NCBI GenBank assembly: GCA_963762145.1
Contig: CAVXJS010000011.1
Location: 288,001-352,000, forward strand
Source: an uncultured Candidatus Rokubacteria bacterium
GTDB lineage: Bacteria; Methylomirabilota; Methylomirabilia; Rokubacteriales; CSP1-6
DNA length: 64,000 nt
Direction: 5' to 3'
This document shows positions 1 through 9,805 of the stretch, piece by piece (the stretch's first letter is position 1; each line of letters opens with the position of its first letter). A model generated the notes under the pieces. It saw only the letters and a list, made by a program, of their open reading frames with translations. It did not search any database and had not been told where the DNA came from. A program made the translations under genes and the position numbers.

Positions 1-88
1 CCCTGGGGGAGAGGATCGGGCGTCTCTCGATCGCCCAGCATCTGCAGCGCCACCAGCCGTGAGGCGGGGGCGTTCACGGAGGTGAGCC

Positions 89-901
89 ATGCCCGACGTA
101 TTCGAGAACCTCGCGGCGGCGCCGCCGCCGATGCTCGAGATGATCGCCCACGTCCTGGAGTTGCGCGCGTCGATCCCCCAGCAGCAGGAGATGCAGCGCA
201 CCTACCTGGCAGACATCGAGTTCCCGGACGGGTCCGAGGTCCTCGAGATCGGCTGTGGAACCGGCGCGGTCGCGCGCGTCCTCGCCGCGTGGCCCAACGT
301 CGGACACGTCCTGGGCGTGGATCCCTCGCCCTACCTGATCGAACGGGCGCGCGCGCTCAGCCACGCACCCAATCTGACTTTCGAGGTCGGTGACGGACGG
401 GCGCTCGACTCGAAGGACGGGAGCTTCGACGTTGTCATCCTCCACACCGTGCTGACCCACGTGCAACGGCCCGAGACGCTGCTGGCGGAGGCCCACCGGG
501 TTCTCCGTTCCGGCGGCTGGCTGGGCGTCTGCGATGGCGACTTCTCGACGGCCACGCTGGCCACGGGGGATCTCGACCCGCTGGAGGTCTGCGTCCACGC
601 GTTCGTCGACGGCTTCGTGAACGACCGCTGGATGGTGCGGCGCATGAGCGCTCTGGCCGCGGCCGCCGGGTTCGAGGTGTCGCCCCTGCGGAGCTACGGC
701 CTGGTGGAGACCACGAAGCCCGGCCTCAGCCCCACCTGGGTCGATCGCGGCGCCGACGTGCTCGTCAGCCGAGGGAGGATCAGCCAGGAGCTCGCGGCGG
801 CCCTGAAGGCGGAGGCGAAGCGCCGTGCCGAGACCGGCGCGTTCTTCGGCTACATGGCGTACGCGAGCATGGTCGGTCGGAAGGCTCAGGCGGGCAGGTA
901 G
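89..901 (+). CDS. Class I SAM-dependent methyltransferase (UbiE/Methyltransf_11-like)
   Basis: 270-aa ORF with VLEIGCGTG motif I and SFDVV...LRSGG motifs; GGAGG RBS upstream. Confidence 0.85.
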   Translation: MPDVFENLAAAPPPMLEMIAHVLELRASIPQQQEMQRTYLADIEFPDGSEVLEIGCGTGAVARVLAAWPNVGHVLGVDPSPYLIERARALSHAPNLTFEVGDGRALDSKDGSFDVVILHTVLTHVQRPETLLAEAHRVLRSGGWLGVCDGDFSTATLATGDLDPLEVCVHAFVDGFVNDRWMVRRMSALAAAAGFEVSPLRSYGLVETTKPGLSPTWVDRGADVLVSRGRISQELAAALKAEAKRRAETGAFFGYMAYASMVGRKAQAGR

Positions 902-1336
902 AGGCGGGTGAAATGGTCGTCGGTCACCTGGCCGTCGGGGCTGACCGTGAAGTTCGACGTGATCAGGCCCTGCGCGCCCGCGAAGCGGCCCTCGCCACCC
1001 GTGATGCGCCACATGACCACGCCGTGGCTCCAGCCCGCCGTCCGGGGCCGGACCGACGTGTCCGCGGCCCACCGTGACGAAGGAGACGGCGCCCGCCGCC
1101 CCGTAAGTGATGGTGCCGTCCTCGACGAAGGTGCCGTCGGGGAAGCGCTCCACCCGGGACTCGAGCACCGCGGACTCGCCCGCGCACGGGCTCCACCAGG
1201 CGCTCACGCCATCGCGGGCCACGACGGTGCGGAGCGTCTGGCTCGGCGCGGTGGTGCGCGCCTGGCGCTTCGTGGTCGAGCCGGGCACCGGCCCGCCGCG
1301 GCCCCGGAACTCGAGCGCGAAGACGAGCTCGCGCAC
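886..1336 (-). CDS. Hypothetical beta-barrel protein (dirigent/allene-oxide-cyclase-like motif), one net frameshift
   Basis: GTG at 1336 just after the ADH stop reads MRELVFALEFRG...; another frame gives ...WRITGGEGRFAGAQGLITSNFTV...RLYLPA* ending at 886; 451 nt implies an indel near 1030. Confidence 0.6.
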
Positions 1337-1338
1337 GG

Positions 1339-2430
1339 CTAGAACACGATGACGCCGCGGCCGAGCTCGCCGGCGGCGAGCGCGCGGAACGCCTCGTTGG
1401 CGTCCTCGAGCGCGTAGCGATGGGTGATCATCTCGTCGATGCGCAGCTTGCCGGCCTGGTAGAGGCTCACCAGCCGCGGCAGGTCCTCGCGTGTGCGCGC
1501 GCTGCCGTAGCTCGAGCCGCGGATGACGCGCTCGCCGGTGACGATCGGGCGCGCGTCCATCGGCACGGTGGCGCCGCTCTCCGGCACCCCGATCAGCACG
1601 CAGGTGCCGCCCGGGGCCAGGGCGTCCATCGCCTGGGTGATCGGGCGGGTCGCGCCCACCGCCACGAAGGTGTAGTCGGCCCCGCGGCCGGTGATGCGGC
1701 GGATCGCGGCGGCGGGATCTTCCTTCGACGCGTCGATCGCGTGAGTCGCGCCCACCGCGCGCGCGTGGTCGAGCTTGGAGGGGAGCAGATCCACCGCGAT
1801 GATCGGATGCGCGGCCACCATCGCGCCGCCCTGGATCACGTTGAGGCCGACGCCGCCCACCCCGAAGACGGCCATGCTCGCCCCCGCGGGCACCGCCGCG
1901 GTATTGATCACCGCGCCGACCCCGGTCATCACCGAGCAGCCGATCAGGGCCGCGCGGTCCAGCGGCATCGCGGGATCGATGCGGATCGCGCACGACTCGT
2001 GCACCACCGTGCGCGAGGCGTAGGTGGCCACGTGGCCATAGTGGTAGACGGGTGAGCCGCCAAGACTCATCCGGGTCGTCCCGTCGGGCAGCACGCCCTT
2101 GCCGGGCTGGCGGCGCTCGCAGAGATTCGGCCGGCCGATGACGCAGTAGTGGCAGCGCCCGCACGTGGGCGCCCAGGATAGGATCACGTGATCGCCGACC
2201 GCGAGCTCGGCCACGCCGGGGCCGAGGGCCTCCACCACGCCCGCGCCCTCGTCGCCCAGCACGATCGGCAGCGGCACGCCCTTCCAGGAGCCGTCGGCGG
2301 CGTGCAGGCAGCTGTGGCAGACGCCGCTCGCGGCCATGCGGACCAGGACTTCTCCTTGGCGCGGGGCCTCGAGCGCCACCTCCTCCACCCGCTGCGGCTT
2401 GCCCTGCTCGAAGAGAACGGCTGCGCGCAT
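1339..2430 (-). CDS. Zn-dependent alcohol dehydrogenase (class III-like)
   Basis: MRAAVLFEQGK start; GVCHS, GDEGAG, CGRCHYC...C structural Zn site, GVGGVG NAD motif. Confidence 0.9.
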   Translation of the reverse strand: MRAAVLFEQGKPQRVEEVALEAPRQGEVLVRMAASGVCHSCLHAADGSWKGVPLPIVLGDEGAGVVEALGPGVAELAVGDHVILSWAPTCGRCHYCVIGRPNLCERRQPGKGVLPDGTTRMSLGGSPVYHYGHVATYASRTVVHESCAIRIDPAMPLDRAALIGCSVMTGVGAVINTAAVPAGASMAVFGVGGVGLNVIQGGAMVAAHPIIAVDLLPSKLDHARAVGATHAIDASKEDPAAAIRRITGRGADYTFVAVGATRPITQAMDALAPGGTCVLIGVPESGATVPMDARPIVTGERVIRGSSYGSARTREDLPRLVSLYQAGKLRIDEMITHRYALEDANEAFRALAAGELGRGVIVF

Positions 2431-2447
2431 GACGGCCTCCGTGGGAC

Positions 2448-3401
2448 TCAGCGGCTGTAGCGGATCCGCGGATCGAGATAGCTGTAGAGCAGATCCACCG
2501 CCAGGTTGATGGACATGAACAGGACCGCGATGAACAGGATGGTGGACTGGGTGAGCGGGTAGTCGCGCTGGTAGATGGACCACAGCACCAGGCGGCCGAT
2601 GCCGGGGAGCGTGAAGACCTCCTCCACCACCACGGTGCCGCCGAGCAGGATGCCGATCTGGAGCCCCACCACCGTGACGACCGGGATCAGCGCGTTGCGG
2701 AGGGCGTGCTTGAGCACGACGACGCGCGAGGCGAGACCCTTGGCCGCCGCGGTGCGGATGTATTCCGAGTTGAGCACGTCGAGCATGCAGGCCCGTGTGG
2801 TGCGCGCGATGTTGGCCGCGCTCGCGGTGCCGAGACAGAGCGCGGGGAGCATCATGATCGTGAGGTTACGGCCGGGATCGGTCCAGAAGTCCACCCACAC
2901 CACCGGCGGCATCCAGCGCAGGTAGAGCGAGAAGAAGAGGATGAGCATGGTGCCCTGCCAGAACACCGGCACCGAGAGCCCGAGCAGGGTGCCCACCCGC
3001 GTGACGTTGTCCACCGCCTGGTCGCGGCGGATGGCCGAGACGATGCCCGCGACGCCGCCCAGGACGAGCGCGAAGGCCATCGCGAACAGGGTGAGCTCGA
3101 GGGTGACCGGCAGCCGCTCCAGGATGAGCGTGACCACCGGCTTGCCGGTCCGCCACGAGGTGCCGAAGTCCCCCTGCACGAGGCGCCCGAGCCAGCGCCC
3201 GTACTGCAGGTACCAGGGCTGGTCCAGGCCGAAGAAGCGCGTGAGCTCGGCCACCATGGCCGGGCTCGCGATGGCGTCGGCGCCGATCATCTGCTCGACC
3301 ACGGTGCCCGGGATCAGGCGCAGCATCAGGAACACCAGCACCGTCAGGCCCAGCAGGGTCAGGGCCATCGAGTACAGGCGGACGATCAGATACCGGGTCA
3401 C
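2448..3401 (-). CDS. ABC peptide/nickel transporter permease (DppB/OppB family)
   Basis: EYIRTAAAKGL...KHALRNA EAA loop; LDPRIR C-terminus. Confidence 0.92.
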   Translation of the reverse strand: MTRYLIVRLYSMALTLLGLTVLVFLMLRLIPGTVVEQMIGADAIASPAMVAELTRFFGLDQPWYLQYGRWLGRLVQGDFGTSWRTGKPVVTLILERLPVTLELTLFAMAFALVLGGVAGIVSAIRRDQAVDNVTRVGTLLGLSVPVFWQGTMLILFFSLYLRWMPPVVWVDFWTDPGRNLTIMMLPALCLGTASAANIARTTRACMLDVLNSEYIRTAAAKGLASRVVVLKHALRNALIPVVTVVGLQIGILLGGTVVVEEVFTLPGIGRLVLWSIYQRDYPLTQSTILFIAVLFMSINLAVDLLYSYLDPRIRYSR

Positions 3402-3407
3402 GCGAAA

Positions 3408-4970
3408 TCAGGCTTTATCGAGCCACGCGCCGTCGAAGCCGTAGAGCAGCGTGGTCGGATGCTGCTTGAAGCCCTTGACGCTGGTCTGGGTGAAGTCGAT
3501 GGTCTCGGCCGAGAAGAGCCAGAGGTGCGGGACATTCTCCAGGATCTGGATCTGCACCCGGTCGTAGATCTCCTTGCGCTTCTTCTGGTCCATCGTGCGC
3601 CGGCCCTCTTCGAGCAGCCCGTCCAGGTCCGGCACGCTCCAGCTGTTCCAGTTCTGGCCCTTGGTCGAGTGCAGCGCGCGGAAGAAGGCGGTGTCCGGAT
3701 CCGCGTAGCCCGGGGTCGTGTTCATCGTCATGTCGAAGTCCTTGGCGAGCCACCGCTTGATCCAGATCGCGTACTCGACCTGCTCGATCTCCATCGTGAT
3801 GCCGATGCGCTTGAGCTGGTTGGCGATGACCGGCGCCCCCGCCACCATGGTGGGGAAGGTCGGGATCACCATGCACTTCACGGTGAAGCCCGCGCTCTGG
3901 CCCGCCTCCGCCATCAGCTTCTTCGCCTTCTCGACGTCGGGCTTGTAGTACTTCATCCACGCCTCCTCGGGGAGCTGCCACTGCTTCATCGGGGCGGTCG
4001 CCGGCGCGGTGAGGCGCCCGAAGCCGGCCGCGGCCACCCGTAGCACCTGGCTCCGGTCCACCGCCCAGCTGATGGCCTGGCGCACGCGAACGTCCTTGAG
4101 CGGCCCGCGGGTGGCGGTGATGTTCAGATAGTCGTAGCCGAGGCGGGAGCTGCGGTAGCCGGTGAGGGTCTTCTCGTCCTTGAGCAGGTTGTAGTTCTTG
4201 TTGTCCTCGATGAAGGCGTGGTGGATCTGGCCGGTCCGCAGCGCGGCCACGATGTTGGCCTCGTCCGGGATGACCCGGAGGACCAGCTCGTCCACGTAGG
4301 GGAGGCCCTTCTTCCAGTAGTAGGGGTTCTTCTTCAGCACGAGCTGCTGCTCCACCTTCCAGTCCTCGAACATGAAGGGGCCGGTGCCGAGCGCGGCCTT
4401 GTTGAGGTCGCCGTGCTTCTTGATCCCCGCCTCGCTGATGATGTAGCCCCAGAACCCGCCGAGGGCCGCGAGCAGCCCCGCGAACGGCTCCTTGGTCACG
4501 AACTTCACCCCGTACTTGCCGGCCGGCTCCACCTTGTCCACCGCGATGAAGTCGGACTTGCCGGGCGACTTCTCGAAGAGGCGGTCGAAGGTGAACTTCA
4601 CGTCGGCGGACGTCAGCTCCTGGCCGTCGTGGAACTTCACGCCCTGGCGCAGCTTGAAGGTCCAGGTGAGGGCGTCCTTGCTGATCTCCCACGACTCGGC
4701 CAGCTCCGGATTCGGCGTCATGTTCTCGTCGAGGCGCACGAGCTGGCTGTACATCAGGGGCGAGCGCCGGCTGCGGGAGAGCGCGGGGACGAGCTGCGGG
4801 TCGAGCCCGGTGGCCTCGGTGGCCTGGGCCGAGATCAGGGTGCCGCCCGGCTTCGGCGTCTGGGCCGCGGCGCGGCGGCCGACCGCGAGGGCGCCGAGGG
4901 TGAGGCCGCCCGCCTTGAGGAGCTGGCGACGGCTGAGGTGGGAGCGGGGCGTGCCGTGGTCGTTGGTCAT
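3408..4970 (-). CDS. ABC transporter substrate-binding protein, family 5 (DppA-like), Tat signal
   Basis: SRRQLLK twin-arginine signal; LAESWE...WTFKLRQGVKFHDG family 5 signature; AGGAGG RBS before ATG 4970. Confidence 0.92.
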   Translation of the reverse strand: MTNDHGTPRSHLSRRQLLKAGGLTLGALAVGRRAAAQTPKPGGTLISAQATEATGLDPQLVPALSRSRRSPLMYSQLVRLDENMTPNPELAESWEISKDALTWTFKLRQGVKFHDGQELTSADVKFTFDRLFEKSPGKSDFIAVDKVEPAGKYGVKFVTKEPFAGLLAALGGFWGYIISEAGIKKHGDLNKAALGTGPFMFEDWKVEQQLVLKKNPYYWKKGLPYVDELVLRVIPDEANIVAALRTGQIHHAFIEDNKNYNLLKDEKTLTGYRSSRLGYDYLNITATRGPLKDVRVRQAISWAVDRSQVLRVAAAGFGRLTAPATAPMKQWQLPEEAWMKYYKPDVEKAKKLMAEAGQSAGFTVKCMVIPTFPTMVAGAPVIANQLKRIGITMEIEQVEYAIWIKRWLAKDFDMTMNTTPGYADPDTAFFRALHSTKGQNWNSWSVPDLDGLLEEGRRTMDQKKRKEIYDRVQIQILENVPHLWLFSAETIDFTQTSVKGFKQHPTTLLYGFDGAWLDKA

Positions 4971-4992
4971 GGTCGTTCCTCCTGTGACGGGA

Positions 4993-5880
4993 TCACCGGG
5001 CGCCGGGGTCGAGGACATCGCGCAGCCCGTCGCCCAGCAGATTGAAGGCGAGGACCGTGATCATGATCGCGATGCCCGGGAAGACCGAGATCCACGGCGC
5101 GGTCTCGAGATAGGTCCGTCCCTCGTTCAGCATGTTGCCCCAGGACGGGGTGGGGGGCTGGGCGGAAAGGCCGAGGTAGCTCAGCGACGCCTCGATCAGA
5201 ATGGCCTGCGAGAGGGCCACCGTGCCCTGGACGACGAAGGGGGAGATCACGTTGGGCAGCACGTGCTTGAGCGCGACGACCCAGCGGGTGGCGCCCAGCG
5301 CCCGGATGGCCTCCACGTACTCCTTCTCGCGCTCGGCGAGCACCGGGCCGCGCATGACGCGCGCGAAGAGCGGCACGTAGACCACCGCGATCGCGATCAC
5401 CGCGCTGTTGACGCCGGGGCCGCGCATGGCCGCCACCCCGACCGACAGCAGCAGGCCGGGGATGCTGAAGAAGATGTCGAGCACCCGGTTGATGACGTTG
5501 TCCCAGGCGCCGCCCAGGTACCCGGCGACGAGCCCGAGGATGCCGCCCAGCGCCATCGCCACCACGATCGAGGTCACCGCCACGTAGAGGGAGATGCGCG
5601 TGCCGTGAATCACCCGGCTCAGCACGTCGCGCCCGAAGCGGTCGGTGCCAAAGAGGGCCTGGGCGCTCGGACGGGCCTCGATCAGGTCGAAGTTCTGCTC
5701 GTCGGGGTCGTGCGGCGCGATGGAACCGGCGAACGCGGCCACCAACACGATGAGGGCCACGCACACCGCGCCGGCGACGACCACGACGCTGTGGGTGACG
5801 CGGCGGAGCTGGCGGCTCCATCGAAGTCGGTGTGGCGCGACGGTCGCCGTGCCGAGCACCCCTTCGGACCTGACTTCCAC
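4993..5880 (-). CDS. ABC peptide transporter permease (DppC/OppC family)
   Basis: FGTDRFGRDVLSR, EYVEAIRALGA, NLLGDGLRDVLDP motifs. Confidence 0.92.
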   Translation of the reverse strand: MEVRSEGVLGTATVAPHRLRWSRQLRRVTHSVVVVAGAVCVALIVLVAAFAGSIAPHDPDEQNFDLIEARPSAQALFGTDRFGRDVLSRVIHGTRISLYVAVTSIVVAMALGGILGLVAGYLGGAWDNVINRVLDIFFSIPGLLLSVGVAAMRGPGVNSAVIAIAVVYVPLFARVMRGPVLAEREKEYVEAIRALGATRWVVALKHVLPNVISPFVVQGTVALSQAILIEASLSYLGLSAQPPTPSWGNMLNEGRTYLETAPWISVFPGIAIMITVLAFNLLGDGLRDVLDPGAR

Positions 5881-5886
5881 GGGGGA

Positions 5887-5915
5887 ACACTAGGCTCTGG
5901 GCCCCCCCCTGTCAA
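5887..5915 (-). promoter_or_regulatory. Sigma70-type promoter of the dpp operon, probably leaderless
   Basis: Minus strand TTGACA-17 bp-TAGTGT, then 6 nt to the GTG start at 5880. Confidence 0.6.
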
Positions 5916-5982
5916 GCGGGACCCCCGGGGGGACGGGGAAACATGGGCGGTGGTTAATTGTTTACGGATTATGATCATTCCG

Positions 5983-6780
5983 ATGCGATTGCACATCCTG
6001 GCCGCGGTCCTCGGCGTGCTCGCCACGGCCGGCGGGGCAGGGGCCCAGCCCCCCGACACCGTGCTCCTCGAGGAGCTGACCTGGACGGAGGTCCGCGACG
6101 CGGTCCGCGCGGGCAAGACGACCATCATCATCCCGGCCGGCGGCACCGAGCAGAACGGGCCGCACATGGCGCTGGGCAAGCACAACGCGCGGGTGCGGGT
6201 GCTCTCCCAGGACATCGCGCGGCAGCTCGGCGACGCGCTGGTCGCGCCGGTGATCGCCTACGTGCCCGAGGGCGGCGTGGCCCCGCCCACCGGTCACATG
6301 CGCTATGCGGGCACGATCACCGCGCCGGACGAGGCGTTCCAGAAAGTGCTCGAGTTCGCGGCCCGCAGCTTCAAGCCGCACGGCTTCCGGAACGTCGTCC
6401 TGCTCGGCGACCACGGCTCGACCCAGACCGGGCAGAAGGCGGTGGCGGCGCGACTCAACCGCGAGTGGGCGGGCACCGGGGTGCGGGTGCACGCGATCGA
6501 GGAGTACTACCGGGTCGGGGAGATCGACGTGCCGCGGCTGCTCCGCGCGCGCGGCTACACCGAGGCCGAGCTGGGGCGCCACGCCGGGCTCACCGACACC
6601 GCGCTGATGCTGGCCACCGACGCGCGCATGGTCCGCGCGGACCGCCTGCGTCCCGGCAGCCCGGGGGACGGGGTGGACGGCGACCCGACCCGCGCCACCG
6701 CCGAGCTGGGGCGGCCGGGCGTCGAGCTGATCGTGAGCCGGACCGTGGACGCGGTCCGGAAATCCATCACGCATCGCTGA
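5983..6780 (+). CDS. Creatininase/amidohydrolase family protein with signal peptide
   Basis: LEELTWTEV, GGTEQNGPH, LGDHGS, HAGLTDT motifs; hydrophobic N-terminus ending AGA-Q. Confidence 0.8.
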   Translation: MRLHILAAVLGVLATAGGAGAQPPDTVLLEELTWTEVRDAVRAGKTTIIIPAGGTEQNGPHMALGKHNARVRVLSQDIARQLGDALVAPVIAYVPEGGVAPPTGHMRYAGTITAPDEAFQKVLEFAARSFKPHGFRNVVLLGDHGSTQTGQKAVAARLNREWAGTGVRVHAIEEYYRVGEIDVPRLLRARGYTEAELGRHAGLTDTALMLATDARMVRADRLRPGSPGDGVDGDPTRATAELGRPGVELIVSRTVDAVRKSITHR

Positions 6781-6793
6781 GGAGACGACACGC

Positions 6794-7945
6794 ATGATTC
6801 CCATGCTGCGCTGGATCGCTTCGATCGTCGGCCTGTGGGCCGGGGTGGCCGCCGCGCAGGGCGCGCGCCCCGTCGAGACCGTGCCCGGCATGCCGCCGGT
6901 GCCGGATCCCACCAACCTGTACAGCGAGACCCGATCGGACAAGATGAGCCCCGCGGTGGCGGGGGCGCTGTCGCGCATCTACGTGCCCAACCGGCGGGGC
7001 AACGACGTCACCGTGATCGATCCGGCCACCATGAAGGTGGTGGGCACCTTCCCGGTGGGCATCAACCCGCAGCACGTGGTGCCCTCGTGGGACATGAAGA
7101 CGCTCTGGGTGACCAACAACGCGGAAGGGCGGCCCGACGGCAGCCTGACCCCCATCGATCCCACCACCGGCAAGCCGGGCAAGACCATCATGGTCGAGGA
7201 CCCGTACAACATGTACTTCACGCCGGACGGCAAGTCCGCGATCGTGGTCGCGGAGGCGCTCAAGCGACTCGACTTCCGGGATCCCCAGACGATGGCGATG
7301 CAGTACTCGATCGCGGTGCCCGGCTGCAAGGGCATCAATCACGCCGACTTCTCCATCGACGGGCGGATCGCCATCTTCACCTGCGAGTTCCAGGGCAGCC
7401 TCGCCCGCATCGACCTCGTCAACCGGAAGGTGCTGGGCTACCTCAAGCTCTCGCGGGGCGGGATGCCCCAGGACATCCGCAGCTCGCCCGACGGCAGCGC
7501 CTACTTCGTGGCGGACATGAAGGCGGGCGGCGTCTTCGTGGTGGACGGCGCCACCTTCACCGAGACCGCGTTCATCAAGACCGGGATCGGCACCCACGGG
7601 CTGTATCCGAGCCGCGACGGCACCAAGCTCTACGTGGCCAACCGCGGCAGCTCGCACGTCTACGGGCCGCCCAAGGGCAAGGGGAGCGTCTCGGTGCTCG
7701 ACTTCGCCACGCGCCAGATCGTGGCTACGTGGACGGTCCCGGGCGGGGGCAGCCCCGACATGGGCAACGTGAGCATCGACGGCAAGGTGCTGTGGCTCTC
7801 CGGGCGCTTCGACGACCTGGTCTACGCCATCGACACCACCAGCGGCGAGGTGCGCAGCATCCGCGTCGGCAAGGAGCCGCACGGCCTCACGGTGTGGCCG
7901 CAGCCGGGGCGCTACTCCCTGGGCCACACCGGCAACATGCGCTGA
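6794..7945 (+). CDS. Secreted YncE/YVTN-type beta-propeller protein
   Basis: Signal peptide; repeated xPDGxxxYVxN and VGxxPH blades. Confidence 0.85.
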   Translation: MIPMLRWIASIVGLWAGVAAAQGARPVETVPGMPPVPDPTNLYSETRSDKMSPAVAGALSRIYVPNRRGNDVTVIDPATMKVVGTFPVGINPQHVVPSWDMKTLWVTNNAEGRPDGSLTPIDPTTGKPGKTIMVEDPYNMYFTPDGKSAIVVAEALKRLDFRDPQTMAMQYSIAVPGCKGINHADFSIDGRIAIFTCEFQGSLARIDLVNRKVLGYLKLSRGGMPQDIRSSPDGSAYFVADMKAGGVFVVDGATFTETAFIKTGIGTHGLYPSRDGTKLYVANRGSSHVYGPPKGKGSVSVLDFATRQIVATWTVPGGGSPDMGNVSIDGKVLWLSGRFDDLVYAIDTTSGEVRSIRVGKEPHGLTVWPQPGRYSLGHTGNMR

Positions 7946-7951
7946 GGCGGC

Positions 7952-8069
7952 CGCTGATAAGGGCCCATCTGCGAAAGTGCGGGGCCCTCGGCCGCACGCT
8001 CGACGTAGAGGGACTATGCCTCGCGTGCGGTCCTTCGGGCCCCGCCTCGCAGCTGGACCCTTCTCAGCG
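7952..8069. repeat. ~118-bp long imperfect palindrome (REP/MITE-like) between convergent genes
   Basis: GCTGATAAGGGCCCATCTGCG ... CGCAGCTGGACCCTTCTCAGC (18/21 complementary) with nested stems GCGGGGCCC/GGGCCCCGC and CCGCACGC/GCGTGCGG. Confidence 0.7.
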
Positions 8070-9283
8070 CCCGCCTTGAGAGGGACTCGGCGTGAGGTGC
8101 TCAAGCTGAAGAGGATCCAGCTCAGCGCGACCGCGATTGGGGCCGCGCCGAAGGGGATGGTGTAGGACCCGGTCAGGTCGTAGAGGAAGCCCGCCGCCGC
8201 GGGGCCGATCGCGGCGCCCAGGCGCCAGCCGAGGGTCAGGACCCCCATGATGGCCCCGATGGCGCGCACCCCGAACACTTCCGGGATCACCTTCGCGACC
8301 ATGGTGTCGGAGGCGGCGAAGCCGGCGCCGAACAGCACCAGCGAGGCGAGCAGCGCGGCGCGCGACGGGAACCACAGCAGGGTGACCAGCGCGACGATCT
8401 CGATCACGTAGGCGGTCCCGATGGTCGCGCGGGTGCCGAGCCGGTCGGACACGAATCCCGCGGTGAGCCGTCCCACCACCGAGCCGATCCCGTAGGCGGT
8501 CAGGGCGAACGAGGCGTCGGCCAGGCTCACGCCCCGATCCCGCGCGAACGGCACCGCGTGGACCGAGATCATGATGGCCAGCCCGCCGAGCAGGAGCCAG
8601 GAGAGGTTGAGGCCCCACTGCCGCGGATCTCGCAGCGATTGCCGCAGCGTCATGCCGTCGGGCGGCGCGCCCGCGGGGCCGGTCGGCGCGCGCAGCAGGT
8701 CTCGCCGCTCGGCGCCGTGCGGCAGACGCACCGTGATGGCCGCGCAGAAGCTCAGCAGCCCGCAGCCGCCGCCGAGGACCCAGTACGCGGCGCGCCAGCC
8801 GAGCTTGAGGATGAGCCACGCGGCGAGCGGCCCGCCCGTGATGTATCCGAGATTGAAGCCCACCAGCACCAGGGCCAGCGCGAGCCCGCGTCGCTCGTCG
8901 AACCAGTGGGTGACCGTCGCAGTGCTGAGCAGGTAGAAGCTCGACATCCCGATCCCGCCCAGGAGCCCGATGAGGAGGTAGAGCTGCCAGAGGGCGCTCA
9001 CCACCGAGACGAGCGCGAAGGCGGCGCCGGCAAGCGTGACCGTCACCACGAGCAGCAGGCGCGGCCCGCGGCGATCCGCGAGCGCGCCGACGCCGAAGCC
9101 GGCCACGCCGCCGACCAGCAGGTTGACCGAGATCGCGGCCGAGATCGCGCCGCGGGTCCAGCCGAAGTGCTCGGCGAGGACGGGCAGGAAGACGCCGTAG
9201 GCGGCCAGTGGCGTCGAGATGCCGTAGGTCACCACGAAGAGCGCCGCCACGATCAGCCAGCGGCGGGTGCTCGGGCGCGCCAT
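8064..9283 (-). CDS. MFS transporter (OFA/MCT-like); no in-frame stop at the expected end
   Basis: About 400 aa with GALADRRGPR and GFVSDRLGTR motif A; the frame runs on antisense to 6767, and the nearest plausible stop (8064) is in another frame. Confidence 0.8.
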
Positions 9284-9299
9284 CAGGTCGCGACCGGAA

Positions 9300-9785
9300 T
9301 CAGGTCGGTCGCTTTCGCCGCAGCAGGTAGCGGTGCTCGCCTTCCATCACCAGGTCGCCGGCCTGGTTGTGCACGGTGGCGCGCATGACGACCACTCCGG
9401 TGGTGCGGCCCGGCTCGAGCGCGGTGATGGTGAGCGCGGGATACACCGTGTCCCCCACGTAGACCGGCTTGAGGAAGCGGGACGACTGCTCGAGGAACGC
9501 GATCAGCGACTCGCCGATCCCGTGCGGGAACATGCCCGCGCCCGCGGCGGCCTGCGCGGTGATTAGGAGCCCGTGGGCGAGCAGGTCGCGATGGCCGTGG
9601 GCGTGGCAGTACTCGCGGTCGTAGTGGATCGGGTGGTTGTCGGCGGAGGCGAGCTGGAAGGCGGCGAAGAGGGCCTCGGTCATGGTGCGCGAGGGATTGA
9701 GGAAGCGCTCCCCCAGCTGTAGATCTTCGAACCAGCGCGGCTCGGCGAGCCGGTGCGCGCCCGGACTGAAGGCCGGATCGGGCAT
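9300..9785 (-). CDS. MaoC-family dehydratase
   Basis: WFEDLQLGERF, DNHPIHYD, AHGLL, FLKPVYVGDT motifs. Confidence 0.88.
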   Translation of the reverse strand: MPDPAFSPGAHRLAEPRWFEDLQLGERFLNPSRTMTEALFAAFQLASADNHPIHYDREYCHAHGHRDLLAHGLLITAQAAAGAGMFPHGIGESLIAFLEQSSRFLKPVYVGDTVYPALTITALEPGRTTGVVVMRATVHNQAGDLVMEGEHRYLLRRKRPT

Positions 9786-9805
9786 GACCGAAGTTCTCGG
9801 CCGCG

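Noticed and set aside
6767-7950. C-terminal half of the 838-aa MFS ORF as a real domain
   Set aside because: It is the antisense frame of the beta-propeller gene; long stop-free shadows are normal at this GC content.
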